64,000 bases of DNA from Mobula hypostoma (lineage: Eukaryota): NCBI RefSeq assembly GCF_963921235.1, contig NC_086097.1:68512001-68576000 (forward strand), read 5' to 3'. Position 1 is the stretch's first letter. Every line of letters starts with the position of its first letter. The translations under genes were made by a program, and so were the position numbers. Of this stretch, positions 26,912-40,400 are shown in pieces. A model generated the notes under the pieces. It did no database searches. It saw only the letters and a program-made list of their open reading frames with translations, and was not told the origin of the DNA.

Positions 26912-28146
26912 GCCGGAGCTGGCGAGACATGGCGACGCCTTACAGGCAGTAAACTAAACTACTAACTATTCTATCAATTAGACTTTTTCTGGACTACAAC
27001 CACTGCAATCCACAGCCTGTAATTTCTCTTTGGGAGTTGTGCTTTTCAGCTGTCTGTACAAACAGGCATCTTTGCAGTATCCTGAAGGATTCATCAAACT
27101 CGAGAAGGCAGCTACGGCTGCAGCGGCAGTTGCTGGAGTGGACTTGGGGCTGGATTGGAGTGGTTGGAGCCATGGCCCAAGAGCAAAAAATGAACCTATG
27201 TTTGGCTATTGCTGGAGTGGACTTGGGGCAGGATCAAAGCAGTGGGCCCGGGCCCAGGACCAAAAGAGAAAAATAAACCAATGATTAGCCATTTCATGTA
27301 CTGTGCCAGATTACAAAGACCAAGGCATCATAGCCTAGGGTGAAGGATGAACTGGTCTTCAGTTCACTACTTTGCGAGGTTTACTAACCTCAACACTGAA
27401 TTGACTCTTCACCTGAAGCCCACAACCATCAGCACTCGCCTCAGTGTTAAACTGGCCCCATGGCTTAGCCCTGCAGCTATCAGGCTCCTGGGCCAGCTTC
27501 ACTCACCTCAGCACTGACTACCTCCATGACTGTGCCCTGCAAAGCTGAACTAGCTCTGTGGCTGTGAACTCACTTTTGGGGATACTGCAGTTCATGTGCT
27601 GTGTGTTGTTAACTTTTTATTGTTTGTATGACTTCTTCTTTTTGTACATTGGATGTTTGACGGTCCTTGTTGTATGAGATTTTTAATGAGTTCTATTGTG
27701 TTTCTTTGTTTTATGGCTGTCTACAAGAAGATGAATCTCAAGTGTACAAAATGATGAGAGGCACTGATCGTGTGGATAGTCAGAGGTTTTTTCCCAGGGC
27801 TGAAATGGCTAACACGAGAGGGCACAGTTTTAAGGTGCTTGGAAGTAGGTACAGAGGAGATATCAGGGGTAATTTTTTTTACACAGAGAGTGGGGAATGC
27901 ATGGAATGGGCTGCCAGCGACGGTGGTGGAGGCAGATATGATAGGGTCTTTTAAGAGACTCCTGGATAAGCACATGGAGCTTAGAAAAATAGAGGACTAT
28001 GGGTAACCTTAGATAATTTCTAAGTATGTAGCTGTTCGGCACAGCATTGTGGGCCGAAGGGCCTGTATTGTGCTGTACGTTTTCTATGTTTCAAGGTTAT
28101 ATATAGCATACGTAATTTGATAATAAAAAGTACTTTCAACTTTGAG
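26912..28146 (+). mobile_element. Non-coding element with a Rex1/Babar-type 3' tail (probably non-autonomous), interrupted by CR1
   Basis: GC-rich start with CATGGCG, internal degenerate repeats, and a tail (CAAGAAGATGAATCTCAAG...ATAATAAAAAGTACTTTCAACTTT) homologous to the Rex1 tails ending at 6240 and 16830. Confidence 0.55.
27743..28090 (+). mobile_element. Young CR1 3' end
   Basis: VYKMMRGTDRVDSQRFFPRAE...RGHSFKV...FFTQRV..WNGLP; TCAAG duplicated at 27738-27742 and 28091-28095. Confidence 0.9.
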
Positions 28147-28571
28147 TCTTGTAGGTCTACTGAAACAGCTTGGCCAAGGGCATAGCAAGTTCTGGAGCAC
28201 AAGTCTTAAGTACTATTGCCAGAATGTTGTCAGGGCCCTGAATCTTGGTTGCATCCAGTGGCTTTAGCCATTATTTATTATCATATGGAGTAGATTAAAT
28301 TGATTGAAGACAGGCATCTACCACATTGGCCACTGCTAGAGGAGGTTGAAATGGATCAGTCACAAGGCATTTATGGTTAAAGGTTCGTGCAAATGTTTCA
28401 GCTTTTTCTTCTGCATTTTATGCCGGGCTCTCCCTTCATTGAAAATGGGTATATTTGTGTGCATAGCCTGAGACCTCGTGCACTTTAATTATCAAAACTG
28501 TGCCACCTAGCACACTTCTCAAAAGGAAAACATCATTGGTCAGCCAAAGAGCAACTTGGACCTGTGGTTGT

Positions 28572-29006
28572 TGTCGAGTATCTCTCCACTAAGTCTCACA
28601 AAACACAATACCAACACTGAGTGGATCTTCATCATGTGCCTTTATTCGTTATTAATTGCGAGGGGAAAGTTCACCTCCACTCCCAGCAGGGATGATAGGG
28701 GCCTTCGAACACACCATTTACAAAGCGTTTCTTTTATACATAAGAACGAGACAAGGTTACTATTTCCAGCAAGCTCAGTCCTTCAGATACATTTGTTATA
28801 GTCTGCTTTCTGCAGTTCTCATCTCTGTTACTTCCTTATTCTTGCAAATGCTCTGTACATTGGATACTTGCAGTCACATACTCCTTGATAAGCACATTTC
28901 TTGTAGTCATGTGCAACCTGTTAGCTTAGCACTCTGGGATTCTCTACCCCAATTTGTCACATCAACTGGTTACAAAAAAATACAAAGTTCAATACATATT
29001 TCCACA
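28572..29006 (-). mobile_element. Endogenous retrovirus 3' LTR (435 bp)
   Basis: Minus strand begins TGTGGA immediately after a polypurine tract and ends TCGACA. TATAAAA (28732-28738) lies upstream of AATAAA (28641-28646) in U3-R-U5 order. Confidence 0.82.
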
Positions 29007-29019
29007 TTCCCTCCTTTTT
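29007..29019 (-). other. Retroviral polypurine tract (AAAAAGGAGGGAA)
   Basis: Directly abuts the TG start of the LTR. Confidence 0.8.
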
Positions 29020-29149
29020 GTCATCCCATAACAACATACATTCAGTATTATAAGGATTTACAAAGCAAATTATGTCTTTAAGGCTATACTGATTCAGATT
29101 TCAGGGCTTTCTTTTACCATTTACCCCATCCATTACCAAAGAGTACGCA

Positions 29150-30170
29150 AAATCCTAATATTCCCTCCTTCTCGGACGCGCTACTAAGCACCAGAATTAA
29201 TTGGGCTATTTGTCATTATTATTACCCCAATGTTTATTTCATAACATAAAACAGTAGCCCACCATCCTTCCAGCATTCCAAATGGCCTCAGGATTCCTGG
29301 GGGAGCAGGGGTTTGTAATTATGGAACTGCTCTCCCCTAATTCTATCTGCAGCCTTGCAGATATGATTCGTCAAGTGAGTTATATTTTCAGATTCGTATA
29401 CAGGTGCAACATTCTTGCTCAATTACAGCACATGTACACCCTTTTTCAACTAATATAAAGTCTAGGGCCATTTGGTTTTTCAGAGCTACTGGTCGTACTG
29501 CCACTAACTCTGCCAAATATTTCAGAAATTGCCTGTTGTGCCTCATCCATGGAGTCAGCTGTGTCATTTAACAATTTCTCAAGGGTGAAAGGATGAAAGT
29601 CAATTCTCGAGCAGCTTTTCCTATCCCATATTGAGAGAACCTTTCAACTTCAGTGATGTGCTGTTTATATGATGTTGTTCATGTCTCAAATCACATATTA
29701 TGATGCATGAAGGGTACCACATATTCGAAAAATAGCTGCTCTTCCAACTCCAAGGAAGCCATAGATAAGTTCAGTCGCTGCATAGCTAGTATGTGCCATT
29801 TAATGCCCAAGGCACCCGTTGCAAAGCACTTTTACCAGCCGTTCATTCAGTACTTCGGTTACCACACTTACTCTGGCCCATGAACTGACTTCCATCTTCC
29901 CTCTTACACCAGTACTGATTAAATGGCTGTGGGATAAATACAATGCAGGGGGTCTCACTTTTATCAAATTATATTCAGGGAACCACCAACCCATGAAACA
30001 CTTATTCCATGTAGAATTAGGCCCCCAATATCATTCAGTGATCCCTTCATTTGTTTCTCCTCATTATTTCTTAGATGATCTGGGGACGTTGGGGCCATCT
30101 GAACAATTCCACTGCTAAGGTTAAGTTGTTTTCCAAAGAACCAGGAGCCAAATGATGTTAGCATAAGGGA
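29150..30170 (-). pseudogene. env: ERV envelope pseudogene (gamma-type TM with immunosuppressive domain and CX6CC)
   Basis: Hand translation of about 29400-29515: AELVAVRPVALKNQMALDFILVEKGCTCAVIEQECCTCI. Upstream: QYGIGKAAREL, TLEKLLNDTADSM, and SU-like WALNGTY*LC...YLWLP.SW...YVVPF. Multiple stops and frameshifts. Confidence 0.88.
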
Positions 30171-31479
30171 GTTATAAGCACACTCCTCAAAAGACTAACA
30201 AGGTTGGCCAGCCACAGAGCAACTTGGACCTGTGGTTGTTAAGTTGGAAGAATGGAAAGGGAAGGGAATTTACAGAAATGAAAGTAAGCTTGTGGTGGAT
30301 GGTTTAAAACCAAGATCTGGAGGACCATTGGAAGAAGGAAGAAATCGGAGAAGTAGGTGTTATGAGACAGGCATGACGAAGGGTCAGAAGCAACATCAAA
30401 GGAGGAAGGAATCGCAAAAGCTAATCATTGGGTTGGTGGCAGTTGGGAGATCAGAATTATTGCAGGAGTATAGTCCAGTGGGACGGATCGATTAAAAATT
30501 GGAAGGATGAACCTTGCAGTGACAAGAAAGTCAATGTATTGTCAGAATTAGAGAAAACTTTGAGAGACATTTACAAAATTAATTGCATTTAGAAAAGTCT
30601 CTCATTCTAACAAATGAAAGCATGATTTCTTAAAGGCATTTATTTGAGTAACTCAATCAATATATATAGTATGAATGGTGGAATTGATGTAATTTGAGTT
30701 TCAGTGCTATTCAACAAAATATTGCATGATATATTTAAAGGCAATACTAAGTGTGGGGAATTTATAGAAGAGTCAGAATTAATACCAAACTAACCAGTAT
30801 CTAAAAGAAAGCAGTGGTGGCAGTAAAAGGTGCTGTTTCCTACAGATGAGTATTAAAGCCAATGCTACTTTTATAATAATAAACAGGAGTTGCAAATTAA
30901 ATGAAACAAAGCATAAAGTAATTCTTTTCAAATCTCTTCATGGACCCCAACTTAAATACCACACTAAGAACTGGGGACCTTTAGCTCAGGAACATTATTA
31001 ATCTTAGATGAGTACAGCTCAAATTAACAAGAATGATAATTGGATGAAAAGTTAGATTAAATTGAACTGAAGATTTCATTAACTGAGCTTGTATTGACTT
31101 TAATATTAAAAAATAACATCATTCAAACTTTTTAGGCAATTCAAGAATTTGTTAGGTTAATTTGAGAGAAACTATACATCAAACATAAAGCACAGAACAG
31201 TACAGCACAGGAATAGGCTCATCAGCCCAATATGTCTGTGCCAAGCATAATGCCAAATGACGTCGCTGGAGCATGGAAACTTTGTGGAAATGTGTAAAGC
31301 TGAATTCTGTGGCAACAAAGAATGCATAATAAACAAAATGCATTACTGATCTTAGAACACTGGACTTACCCAACAAACTCAACAGAAAAAGACACAAGCG
31401 AGTTCAGACCTGGAAGTACTGGAGAGACTTCCGCTGTGTGAGAACATAGATGCTGGGGAGGATTTCAAGTAGGAATAAA

Positions 31480-33315
31480 TCATCAGGGTTTGAAACACTA
31501 TCTCCCTAGCATCCTCCTAGAAGTTGTCAGAAATTAGATGGAGGACCTCCTGCAAGACTCCACTATCAGAGAGACAAAAGAGACTATTGTGAGGTTTATT
31601 TCACATAGCTCACTCCCTGCTCTCTGAAAATGGTACTCCAGCCAAAGTGTTTCACCATCCATTGTATGGATTGGATGATGGCATCTGAAAAGGCATGTTC
31701 AATGGTGTTTATTGTAGTCTTTCAATGTGGCAGTTCTATCTCTCCTGATCTGGAACATCTAGCAGTCAAGTGTCATCCATACCATCCACCATTATGCTGG
31801 TTGCAGTCTACATCCCACACCAGGCAGACATTAAGCTGGCAATGGAAGAATTGAGTGTTGTGATTAACATGCACAAAACAGCACAGTCTGATGCTTTCCC
31901 CATCATTGCAAGCAGAAGAAACAAACATCATGTGAGCTTACAGAAACCTCTGTCAAACTACTACCAGCAGTTCACCTGCAATACCATAGGGCCCAAGATA
32001 CTCGACCACTATTAAACCACCACCAAATATGCTTATTGAGCAATCTCATACTGCACTTTGGGAAATCTGGCCACCTGGCTGTACTTCTGCTTTCTGCAGA
32101 GACTGAAGAGTGAAGCACCAGAAGAGAGCATGATGAAGGTATAGACAAGGGTGGAGAAAGAGCATACACTGGATACTGCTTCAAGATGGCATCAATTGTA
32201 CTGGTGTCCAAAAAGAGCAGAGTGACCTTCTTTAATGACCACTAAACAGTAGTCCTTAAGTCTATTGCAACAAGAGTGCTTCGAGTGTTTGGCTATGGCT
32301 CTGATCAACTCCTGCCTCAGCAACAACCTGGACTGTTTCAATTCGCCAATCACAATAGATCTATAACTAGACCTTGACAATCAGAATACATATATCAGGT
32401 CACTGTTCATTGACTACTGTTCAGCGTTCAACACCATCATCTCCACACAATTTATAATCAAGCTCTAAGTCCTGGGTCCATATACCTCCCTCTGCAATTG
32501 GATTGCTGATTTCCTCACTGGGAGACTGCAGTCAGCATGCATCAGAACCCTCATCTCCTCCTCACTAACCATCAACACAGGCTAGGGCTCTGTGCTTCGA
32601 CCCCTGTTCTACTCTAAACCTACAACTGAGTGGCTAAGTATACTTCCAATGTCATCCACAAAATTGCCAATAACACCACTGTTGTTGGCAGAATCAGCTT
32701 CATGTTGTTGGGTATCAACATCCTGGGCCAAGATCATGGATTCAACCACAAAGAAAGTGCACCAGTATAAGAAGATTTAGTGTATCATCGTATATTGACA
32801 AAACTCTATGGATGTATAGAGAAAAGCACTCTGACTTGTTGCATTGCAGTCTGATATAGAAATTCCAATGCAGAGAAATGCAAGGGGCTACACAGAATGG
32901 GGACTCAGTCAGTTCCATCATGGTTATAGCTCTGCCTACCACTGAGGACATGTATATTAGGCGATATCCCAGGAAGACAACATCCATCGTTAAGGACCCC
33001 TACTAGCTGGGCCACGCCCTCTTCTCATTGTTGCCATCAGATAGGATGTTTAGGACTCTCAATACCCCTATCTTAAGGTTCAAAAACAGATTTTTCCCCC
33101 ACTGCCATCAGAACTACCCCACAAAATCCCAACTTTTCCTTGGACAATATTTCCCTCAGCTTTCGCTAATGCCAGCGTGTTTTTTTTTAAATTTTGTTCT
33201 GTAGATCATGAATAATTTATGTTAATTAAGTTATGTGTTGTACGTTTGTCATGTTTATAATGTATTCTAATTTTTGCGGCATTTATACCTTGAATATGAC
33301 AATAAACTTGAACTA
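31480..33315 (+). mobile_element. Decayed Rex1/Babar LINE (EN to RT to tail)
   Basis: SPDLEHLAVKCHPY, VAVYIPHQAD, TIGPKILDHY, LFIDYCSAFNTI and SLLPSDR; tail ends AATAAACTTGAACT. Confidence 0.8.
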
Positions 33316-34446
33316 ACCTATTCTGCCTTGATCTATATCCCTCAATTCCCTGCATATTCCTGTGCCTATCTATGTCCATTGAATATCAAAATTGTATCTG
33401 CCTTCACTGTTCCTTTGATAAGAGTTCCCAGAATGTAAGAATGTTGACTTGGCCATTTAGCTCACATAGGTTAAAAGAAAGTTGGAACTATTTCATCTAA
33501 ACTAAACCTACCAAACCTATGCTAATTTAAAATTTCAGTATCAAGACTGATATATTTTTAGATAAAGGATATTAAGATGCGTGGGATGAAAATAGCTAAC
33601 TGGAATTATGATACAAATTGTGATCTAAATGAATGGGAGAACAGACATATGGGACTGAGTGACCTACACCAATTTGAATGCAAATGTAAAGGTAGAAGTA
33701 CTTCAGATTTGTTGAGTGATGGATGTGCTACAGATGACTGTGGCAGCCTGAGGAATAACTTAGCAGGCACAAAGGTATCTAACAGAATCTTAATGTGGAC
33801 TTCAATTGACTAAATACTAACTGAAACAAAAATCTAAGTGCCTCTGGATGTATAAAGAAAATCATGAAAGGCAACATTCATCCTGAGTTGTCATCTTTAT
33901 AATGACCAAGGCAAGGTACATAGGTAGAAATTATAAAATCCTTGTGAATCATCAGTTATGAGGACCATGAACCTGGTACCAACACTCAAAAGTTAAATTT
34001 CTAGAAATTAAGAAATAAATAAGGCAAATGGTTTTGGAAAGAATACTCAATTAATATCTAAATTAAATGGGTAGAACAGCTTTAAGGATGTCCTGCTGAG
34101 CAAATGGGTTAAATACATATGAATGGTAGCTGACAATTAATGAGCTAACTGGTAGAACAAAAACAATCATCCATTATAATTGAGCCCATCAGATGACTGT
34201 GAAAGAACATGACTGAAGCATTCACAACTATGTTCAGCTAGAAGGGCCAAGTGGATAATCCATATTGATTTCTGCCTGTTATATCTTCAGCCAATTTGAT
34301 TCACTCTAAGTGGTTATCAAGAAATAGCTGGATAAAGCAAAAACAATGGTACAAGTCTGCATCCTAGTCATAATACTGAATACATGCACTCTAGAATTAG
34401 CCAAATCTCCAACTATGCTAATCCAGATATAGTTACAACACTGGCA

Positions 34447-34725
34447 CGTGTCGGCTTGTGGCCAAGTGGTTAAGGCATTGGACTGGCGACCATGAAGGTC
34501 ATGAGTTCAAGCCCCAGCCGAGGCAATGTGTTGAGCAAGGCACTTAATCACACATTGCTCTGCAACGTCACTGGTGCCAAGCTGTACCCATTGGTGTCGT
34601 GGAGAGGAGAGACTTGCAGCATGGGCAACTGCTGGTCTTCCATACAACCTTGCCCAGGCCTGTGCCCTGGAGAGTGAAGACTTTCCAGGCGCAGATCCAT
34701 GGTCTCGCAAGACTAACGGATGCCT
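34447..34725 (+). mobile_element. Second copy of the tRNA/CORE/RTE-tail SINE
   Basis: A box TGGCCAAGTGG, B box AGTTCAAGCC; homologous to 19970-20280; ACTGGCA TSD (34440-34446 and 34726-34732). Confidence 0.88.
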
Positions 34726-37700
34726 ACTGGCATCTAGCTGACAATGCAGAAGGAAGCCTGTGTATATTCTATTCATAGGACCATATAATTCTATTTCAAT
34801 CACAGTTAAGTGTGACAAATACAAATTGGTTAATTAGTATATGATCAGTCTATTTCAAGCATCAGCAAAATGGTGGAAGGTTTTGGTGCTGATGCAATCA
34901 AAAAGCACTTATTTAGAGCCAAAGTGGAAGTAAATGGGCATCAAATTGAAATATTTGGAGTCAAAGCTCATATAGAGGAAGCTGGTTGTGGTAGATATAG
35001 AAAAAGAATGTAGGAAGAGCTCAGCAGGTAGCATCTTAGATGGCAAAAAGTGTAAGAGGACACTTCAAGTCAAAAATTGAATCAGTACCCTTCACAGACC
35101 CACTACTTGACTCGCTGAGTTATTCCAGATATTTAATTTTTGTCTCAGATTTCACCTTCGGCCTTCAGACTATTGGTTGTGGTTGTGTTCAGTGGAAACC
35201 AGTCATCTTAGCCATAGGAGATCATTACAGGAGTTCCCCAGAGCCATGTCCAAGCCCTTTAGATGCTTTGCTAATGACTTTCTTCCATAATGACTTTCTT
35301 TCTTCCATAATAAGCTCATCTAAGATAAAGCATCCCATCAAAGTGGCACCCTTTTCACAACTCTGATGATTCATTCTCTCCATCAGCTGTTCACAGCAGA
35401 GATGTGTGCTATGTACAAAATGCACCTCCAAATCGGCATTCTCTACCACCAATATAAATAAAATCCTGAGAATAGAATTATTAAAACAATAGTCAGCATT
35501 TGAAAGCAAATGTCACTAGTTTTTCACTAATGAGTACTATGGGAAAAAAAAGCATGCCAGAAATTAGAATTATTAACAACAGTGACTAAAAGGTTCGCCA
35601 CTGAGTTTAATTTCAGGAAAGGGAATTCTTAATAGAGAGAATGATGGAAAAAGAAAAGCATTTGGTTTGGAATGGCAAGATTTAGCTGGGTAAAGGTCTA
35701 ACCAATAAAGCTAGGATTAAAGAAGGGATGACACGCAAGAGCAGTGTAAACATGAATGGACGGTTATTGAAGAGAGAAACAAATGTGTACAAATAAAAAT
35801 TTCAGGATAAGGATGTTAAACTTGAAGTGATCGGTAACTTCATTAACCAGGACAAATGACCAGGACTTGGTATAAAGGTAACACATGGATAGCAGTTCTT
35901 TCACTGAATTAATGTGAGATGCACACAAAATGGCAGACCATTACAATAGATGAGAATGGGTGCGATGAAGGTTTCAGGAATAGATACGGAATGGAGGTCA
36001 GAATGCACTTAGGATCAAGTAAGTCTCAGTAAAGACTGTGATATTCTATCTGAATATCAAAACATTGTTGACTCAGGTATTGAAGTTGCAAGAATCTAGT
36101 CCATCTCAATGTTATTAGTCAGGAGGGGGAAATAAACCAGTTCTGAAAGCATGGGATTTGTTGTGAAGAATGAAGACATCAACCTTACCAATGATCAGCT
36201 GATACATACTGCATCTCAAATAACACCGGAAGATTAACATTCAGGTGCAATGGAAATAGACTGGTTACAATTGGATAGCTGAGCAGATTTGTGAGAACAT
36301 TGGAGGAGAAATGCTGCTGTCAATTGTTTCAAAGTCAACAAAGAAATCAGTGTGGATGAATTAGATCATTCATCTATTCATCTAGTCAGTTACTAAGGTT
36401 ATTATTTGTGAGTTTGGGTAGACCTATTTTGGTGTAGAAGGGATCAAAATTAAATTGAAGAAATTTAAACAAAAAGACAGATGAATTTGAAAAAGCAACA
36501 TGGTAGTAACTTACAAGGACATTTTGTAGAATATTCACATGAGAATTCTGGAAGACTTATGAGCCAGAAACTGTTTTACTACATCTTTATAGTATTAAAA
36601 TAGCATTGTAGGTCACCCTAACACTGTCTGAGTACAGAGAAAGAACTTCATCAGCAAGGTTCATAAAACAGAATTTCTCAGATTTCCCTGCGGCAGTGTC
36701 AATTTCAGCACGATGCTTCTTCTGATGTGTTACAAGTTATCATGGTTCTCAGGGGATAACCCAGCACATGTGATTGCTGCAGGTAACTTTTAAAGTGACA
36801 CATCGTAACACAAACAATATTCTTCTAGCCATATGAGAATTTTGGAACTAAATAAATACTGTAGATGTTGCATGAATGGAAGAGTGTGGGTTTAGTTGTC
36901 GCAAGATTCTTAGACAGGCTGGTAAATGCAGGAGGAAAATGCATGAGAGGGCAGTTTATGATTGTCTTCACTTTGCATTAACTTTCCAAATAAGCCAGAC
37001 TCTAAGAATAATAACAGGTTGTTGTCATACAAGTAAAAGTGAAAATTTCACTGAAAATTGGGATGCAATTTGGGAGAATTTAGTGCTGGAGAAAAACAGC
37101 AAGGTTAACCAAAAATCCTGCCCAAACGTTAGCAGTTGAATTTTCCATTGGGTACTGAGACAACCATAATATGCATAAAATTTCTTTTTTTTTTGTGGGT
37201 TGTATGAAGAAATGCCCAAGACAATGGAAATGAAATTTTGCAAATATTCTGATAAAGTCACAAAGCACCAATTTAACAAGATGCCAGTATTGAAAATGTA
37301 TCAAAATACTTATAAGCAACTGATTTATTTAAATTATCCCTAATATTATCAAATATATTAATAGGTAAATTCATGATTTATGTGAAATATGTACAATAAA
37401 ATTAGTAATGTACGATTAGTACAATTTATACAAAACTTCCTTCAAATAGTAAGTCAGGGTGAATAACAAATATAATGAAGATTAATCTGTACTAATTTTA
37501 TATACACACTTGTTTAGCTTTATTTCCGCAATTTTATGGAACAAATCTGACAGACTGAGCTAGCTCATATTTAATAATTTACATACAAACTTAGTTTCCA
37601 AGATTCTGATCCATGAAAAATCAGTCAAATTCTAAGATCAGATCTAAGTAGCAAAGTCTAAATATCATCCCTTTGTGCCTCAACATCAAACTGCTGCATT

Positions 37701-38554
37701 TTCTATTGAATGATTTGTTATCAAAAATAATGAAATATATAACTAAATATTATTGCAAAATACAAATTGGTATACAATGAACAGAATAAACCAACCGAGG
37801 AAAGATAAAGAATAAGTGGAAACAACCAGAATTTGGCCCACTCTTGATACCTGCAGCTTCCCCCCGGACCTACCTGAACCTGATACAGTAGGTCAAGGAG
37901 CCAACTCTCCAGCACAAGGAGTCAGGCTGTGAGGCCTCAGTCAAGGTATTCCTAAGGCTAATTATTAATTTTTAATTCCCAGTTTTCAGAACATGTATCT
38001 TCACTGAAGGAAAAGAGTATTCTAATCCTGAGCCAGATATGATCAGTTTAAGTTTGAAATTCAAAGGAAATAAATTATGCAAGCATTCACAAATGACACA
38101 CATAGACTCACACATAATCAAAGTTAGGAATTCATTAGTGGATTCTTCTATCATAATGCTAGGCCATCCCAGCATATTCGGGCTCTGCCAATGGAGACAA
38201 GTGACAGTATGGAATCAAAAATGTATCAGACCTATCACGTAGCTCAACCCAGGTATCCAGATCTGCATTAGTCTGGAATGGACTTTCTGGGAAATGACTG
38301 AACAATAGCAGATTTGAAGAACAATGCTTTAACCCGATGGCTTAACAATAAAAAGCAAAGGTCATTGATAATCTTAAAAAATTAACCTGACAGAGGCGTA
38401 AGTAACTTGGTAGAAATAAAGCCAACAAACAGAAGAAAGCACATCAGCTAATGACATGAAATATCAACAGGTTATCCCTGCATATGACAGAGTTTAAGAG
38501 ATTTCAGTGTTAAACAGGCTGTAAACGATGAATAATGTAAAAGAAAATCTTGTG

Positions 38555-39052
38555 GATACTATAGAAAGAATATGGTAGAGATTTACAAGGATGTTGCCTG
38601 GATTGGAGAGAATGCCTTATGAGAATAGGTTGAGTGAACTTGGCCTTTTCTCCTTGGAGCAATGGAGGATGAGACGTGACCTGATAAAGATATATAAGAT
38701 CAGAGGCATTGATCGTGTGGATAGCCAGAGGTTTTTTCCCAGGGCTGAAATAGCTACCAAGAGGGGGCATAGTTTTAAGGTGTTTGGAAGTAGGTACAGA
38801 GGGGATGTCAGGGGTAAGTTTTCCACACAGCAAGTGATGGGTATGTGGAATGCACTGCCAGTGACTGTGGTGGAGGCAGATACAATAAGGTCTTTGAAGA
38901 ATCTCTTAGATAGGTACAAGGAGCTTAGAAAAATAGAGGGCTACACAGTAGCGTAATTCTAGGCAGTTTCTAGAGTAGGTTGTACAAGGTCAGCACAACA
39001 CTGTAAGCCGAAGGGTCTGTAATATGCTGTAGATCTCTATGTTCTATGTTCT
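38555..39052 (+). mobile_element. CR1 3' end (same subfamily as 27743-28090)
   Basis: ORF 38591..38956 reads MLPGLERMPYENRLSELGLFSLE...WNALP; TCTATGT-repeat tail. Confidence 0.92.
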
Positions 39053-39254
39053 CTGTTAATGAATATTAATTAGTTGGCATGTAGTTAATAAAAATGTAAT
39101 AACAAATGTAAAAACATAAATTTTTACTTGGCAACATTTTGGTTAGTAAGAGTTAAAAATAAATGCAGGACTAGTAAACACAATTTTAAAGAATACCAAC
39201 AATGCCATAACTGCATCCAGGATTGATAGTATGCTACCTGGAGGAAGTAAGTGT

Positions 39255-39412
39255 GTCAGACATCATCTGTGGAGGGGAATAAACAGCCAACATTTCAGGC
39301 CGAGACCTGAAACAGCAACTGTTTTCCCTCCATAGGTGCTGCCTGACTTGCTTAGTTCCTTAAGCATTATGTGTGTGTTGCTCAAGAATTCCAGCATCTT
39401 CAGAATCTTGCA
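39255..39412. mobile_element. Short inverted PLE pLTR hairpin
   Basis: GGAGGGG..AAACAG..TTTCAGG-CCGAGA-CCTGAAA..CTGTTTTCCCTCC, followed by a + strand pLTR end (TTCCAGCATCT). Confidence 0.7.
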
Positions 39413-40209
39413 TTTATAATATTCTGCTGTTGTACATATTGATAAATCCCCAAATTGACTTTTTTGACTATTTAACAAAACAATGAAGTCATTAATTATG
39501 TTTAGGTTTTGACTAAACTTCTTGCAGCTTCGCCATCAACATATGTAATGGTCCCTAAATAATCTAACATTTAACTTATTATTCTATATGGAATTAATAT
39601 GTATTTCATAACTTTACTGATGAAATTGCATCTGATATTATGTAGCAATTATCATGGTTCTCATTTACATCTATAGCCAGGCTTCTTTACATTCGAATCT
39701 AAAATAGCCCTCAGAATAATTATTATAACTCTAAAAAATGTCATCGCAAGACATTATGAATAATACCTGTTTTTATTTACTCTGTGGCATAGTTTGCATT
39801 ATAAACAAACAAATTACTCTATTATTTTACAATTAGATATCAATAAACTCAGAGAATTAAAGTATGGTTAACATTTATATTACATGATTATATGATTATC
39901 CCTGTTATTTATGCTATTATTTATTATTACACTAGTGCACAGAAAATTTTATAATATAAATAGAATATTTATAGCTCCATCAAAATATTTGCATTTTTCC
40001 TAATTTTTAGATTATTAGATGCCATGTCCTAGAACATCAGCCTAATGGTGAAAAATATTAGAATTTGAGAAATGAGAAAAGATACACAAAGTTGTTTTGA
40101 CACAACCTTTTTATACTTTATCCAAACACACCAAGTTCTGTGTGAGCGCTTCCCTCAACTGAGAATATTCCTATATCCTGCTGAATTCTTCTTCAGGTTC
40201 CCTTCAAAT

Positions 40210-40400
40210 AGAAACAGAAAATATTGAAGATACTCTACAGAAAGGTCTGCATCTGTAGACAGAGAAACAAAGTTGAAGTTTCAGATCAACGCCTGATGAA
40301 AAGTCACCCTGAAATTTTAACTTCGTTTCCATCTCCACAGATGCTGCCTGATCTGCTGAATACCTCCAGCATTTTCTTTTGTTTTATTTAGGTTTCCAGG
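40210..40400. mobile_element. Short inverted PLE pLTR hairpin with hammerhead remnant
   Basis: Arms GCATCTGTAGACAGAGAAAC and GTTTCCATCTCCACAGATGC; CTGATGA (40293-40299) and GAAA (40311-40314). Confidence 0.7.

Larger units (their letters stand above)
25645..28460 (-). mobile_element. Old CR1 LINE carrying several nested insertions
   Basis: 3' UTR GCCCATCC...GCCCTTGAGAAGG at 25695-25725; ORF 26283..26531 contains AGIPQGSV...VRLFAGDC; sequence resumes at about 28150-28460. Confidence 0.65.
28509..30240 (+). repeat. 64-bp imperfect direct repeat (28509-28572 and 30177-30240) bracketing the ERV fragment
   Basis: Ungapped alignment, 55/64 identical, last 25 nt identical (AGAGCAACTTGGACCTGTGGTTGTT). 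Confidence 0.9.

Noticed and set aside
34455..34525. tRNA-like sequence (also about 20205-20270 and 22960-23028)
   Set aside because: These are SINE heads with TSDs and LINE-derived tails, not tRNA genes.
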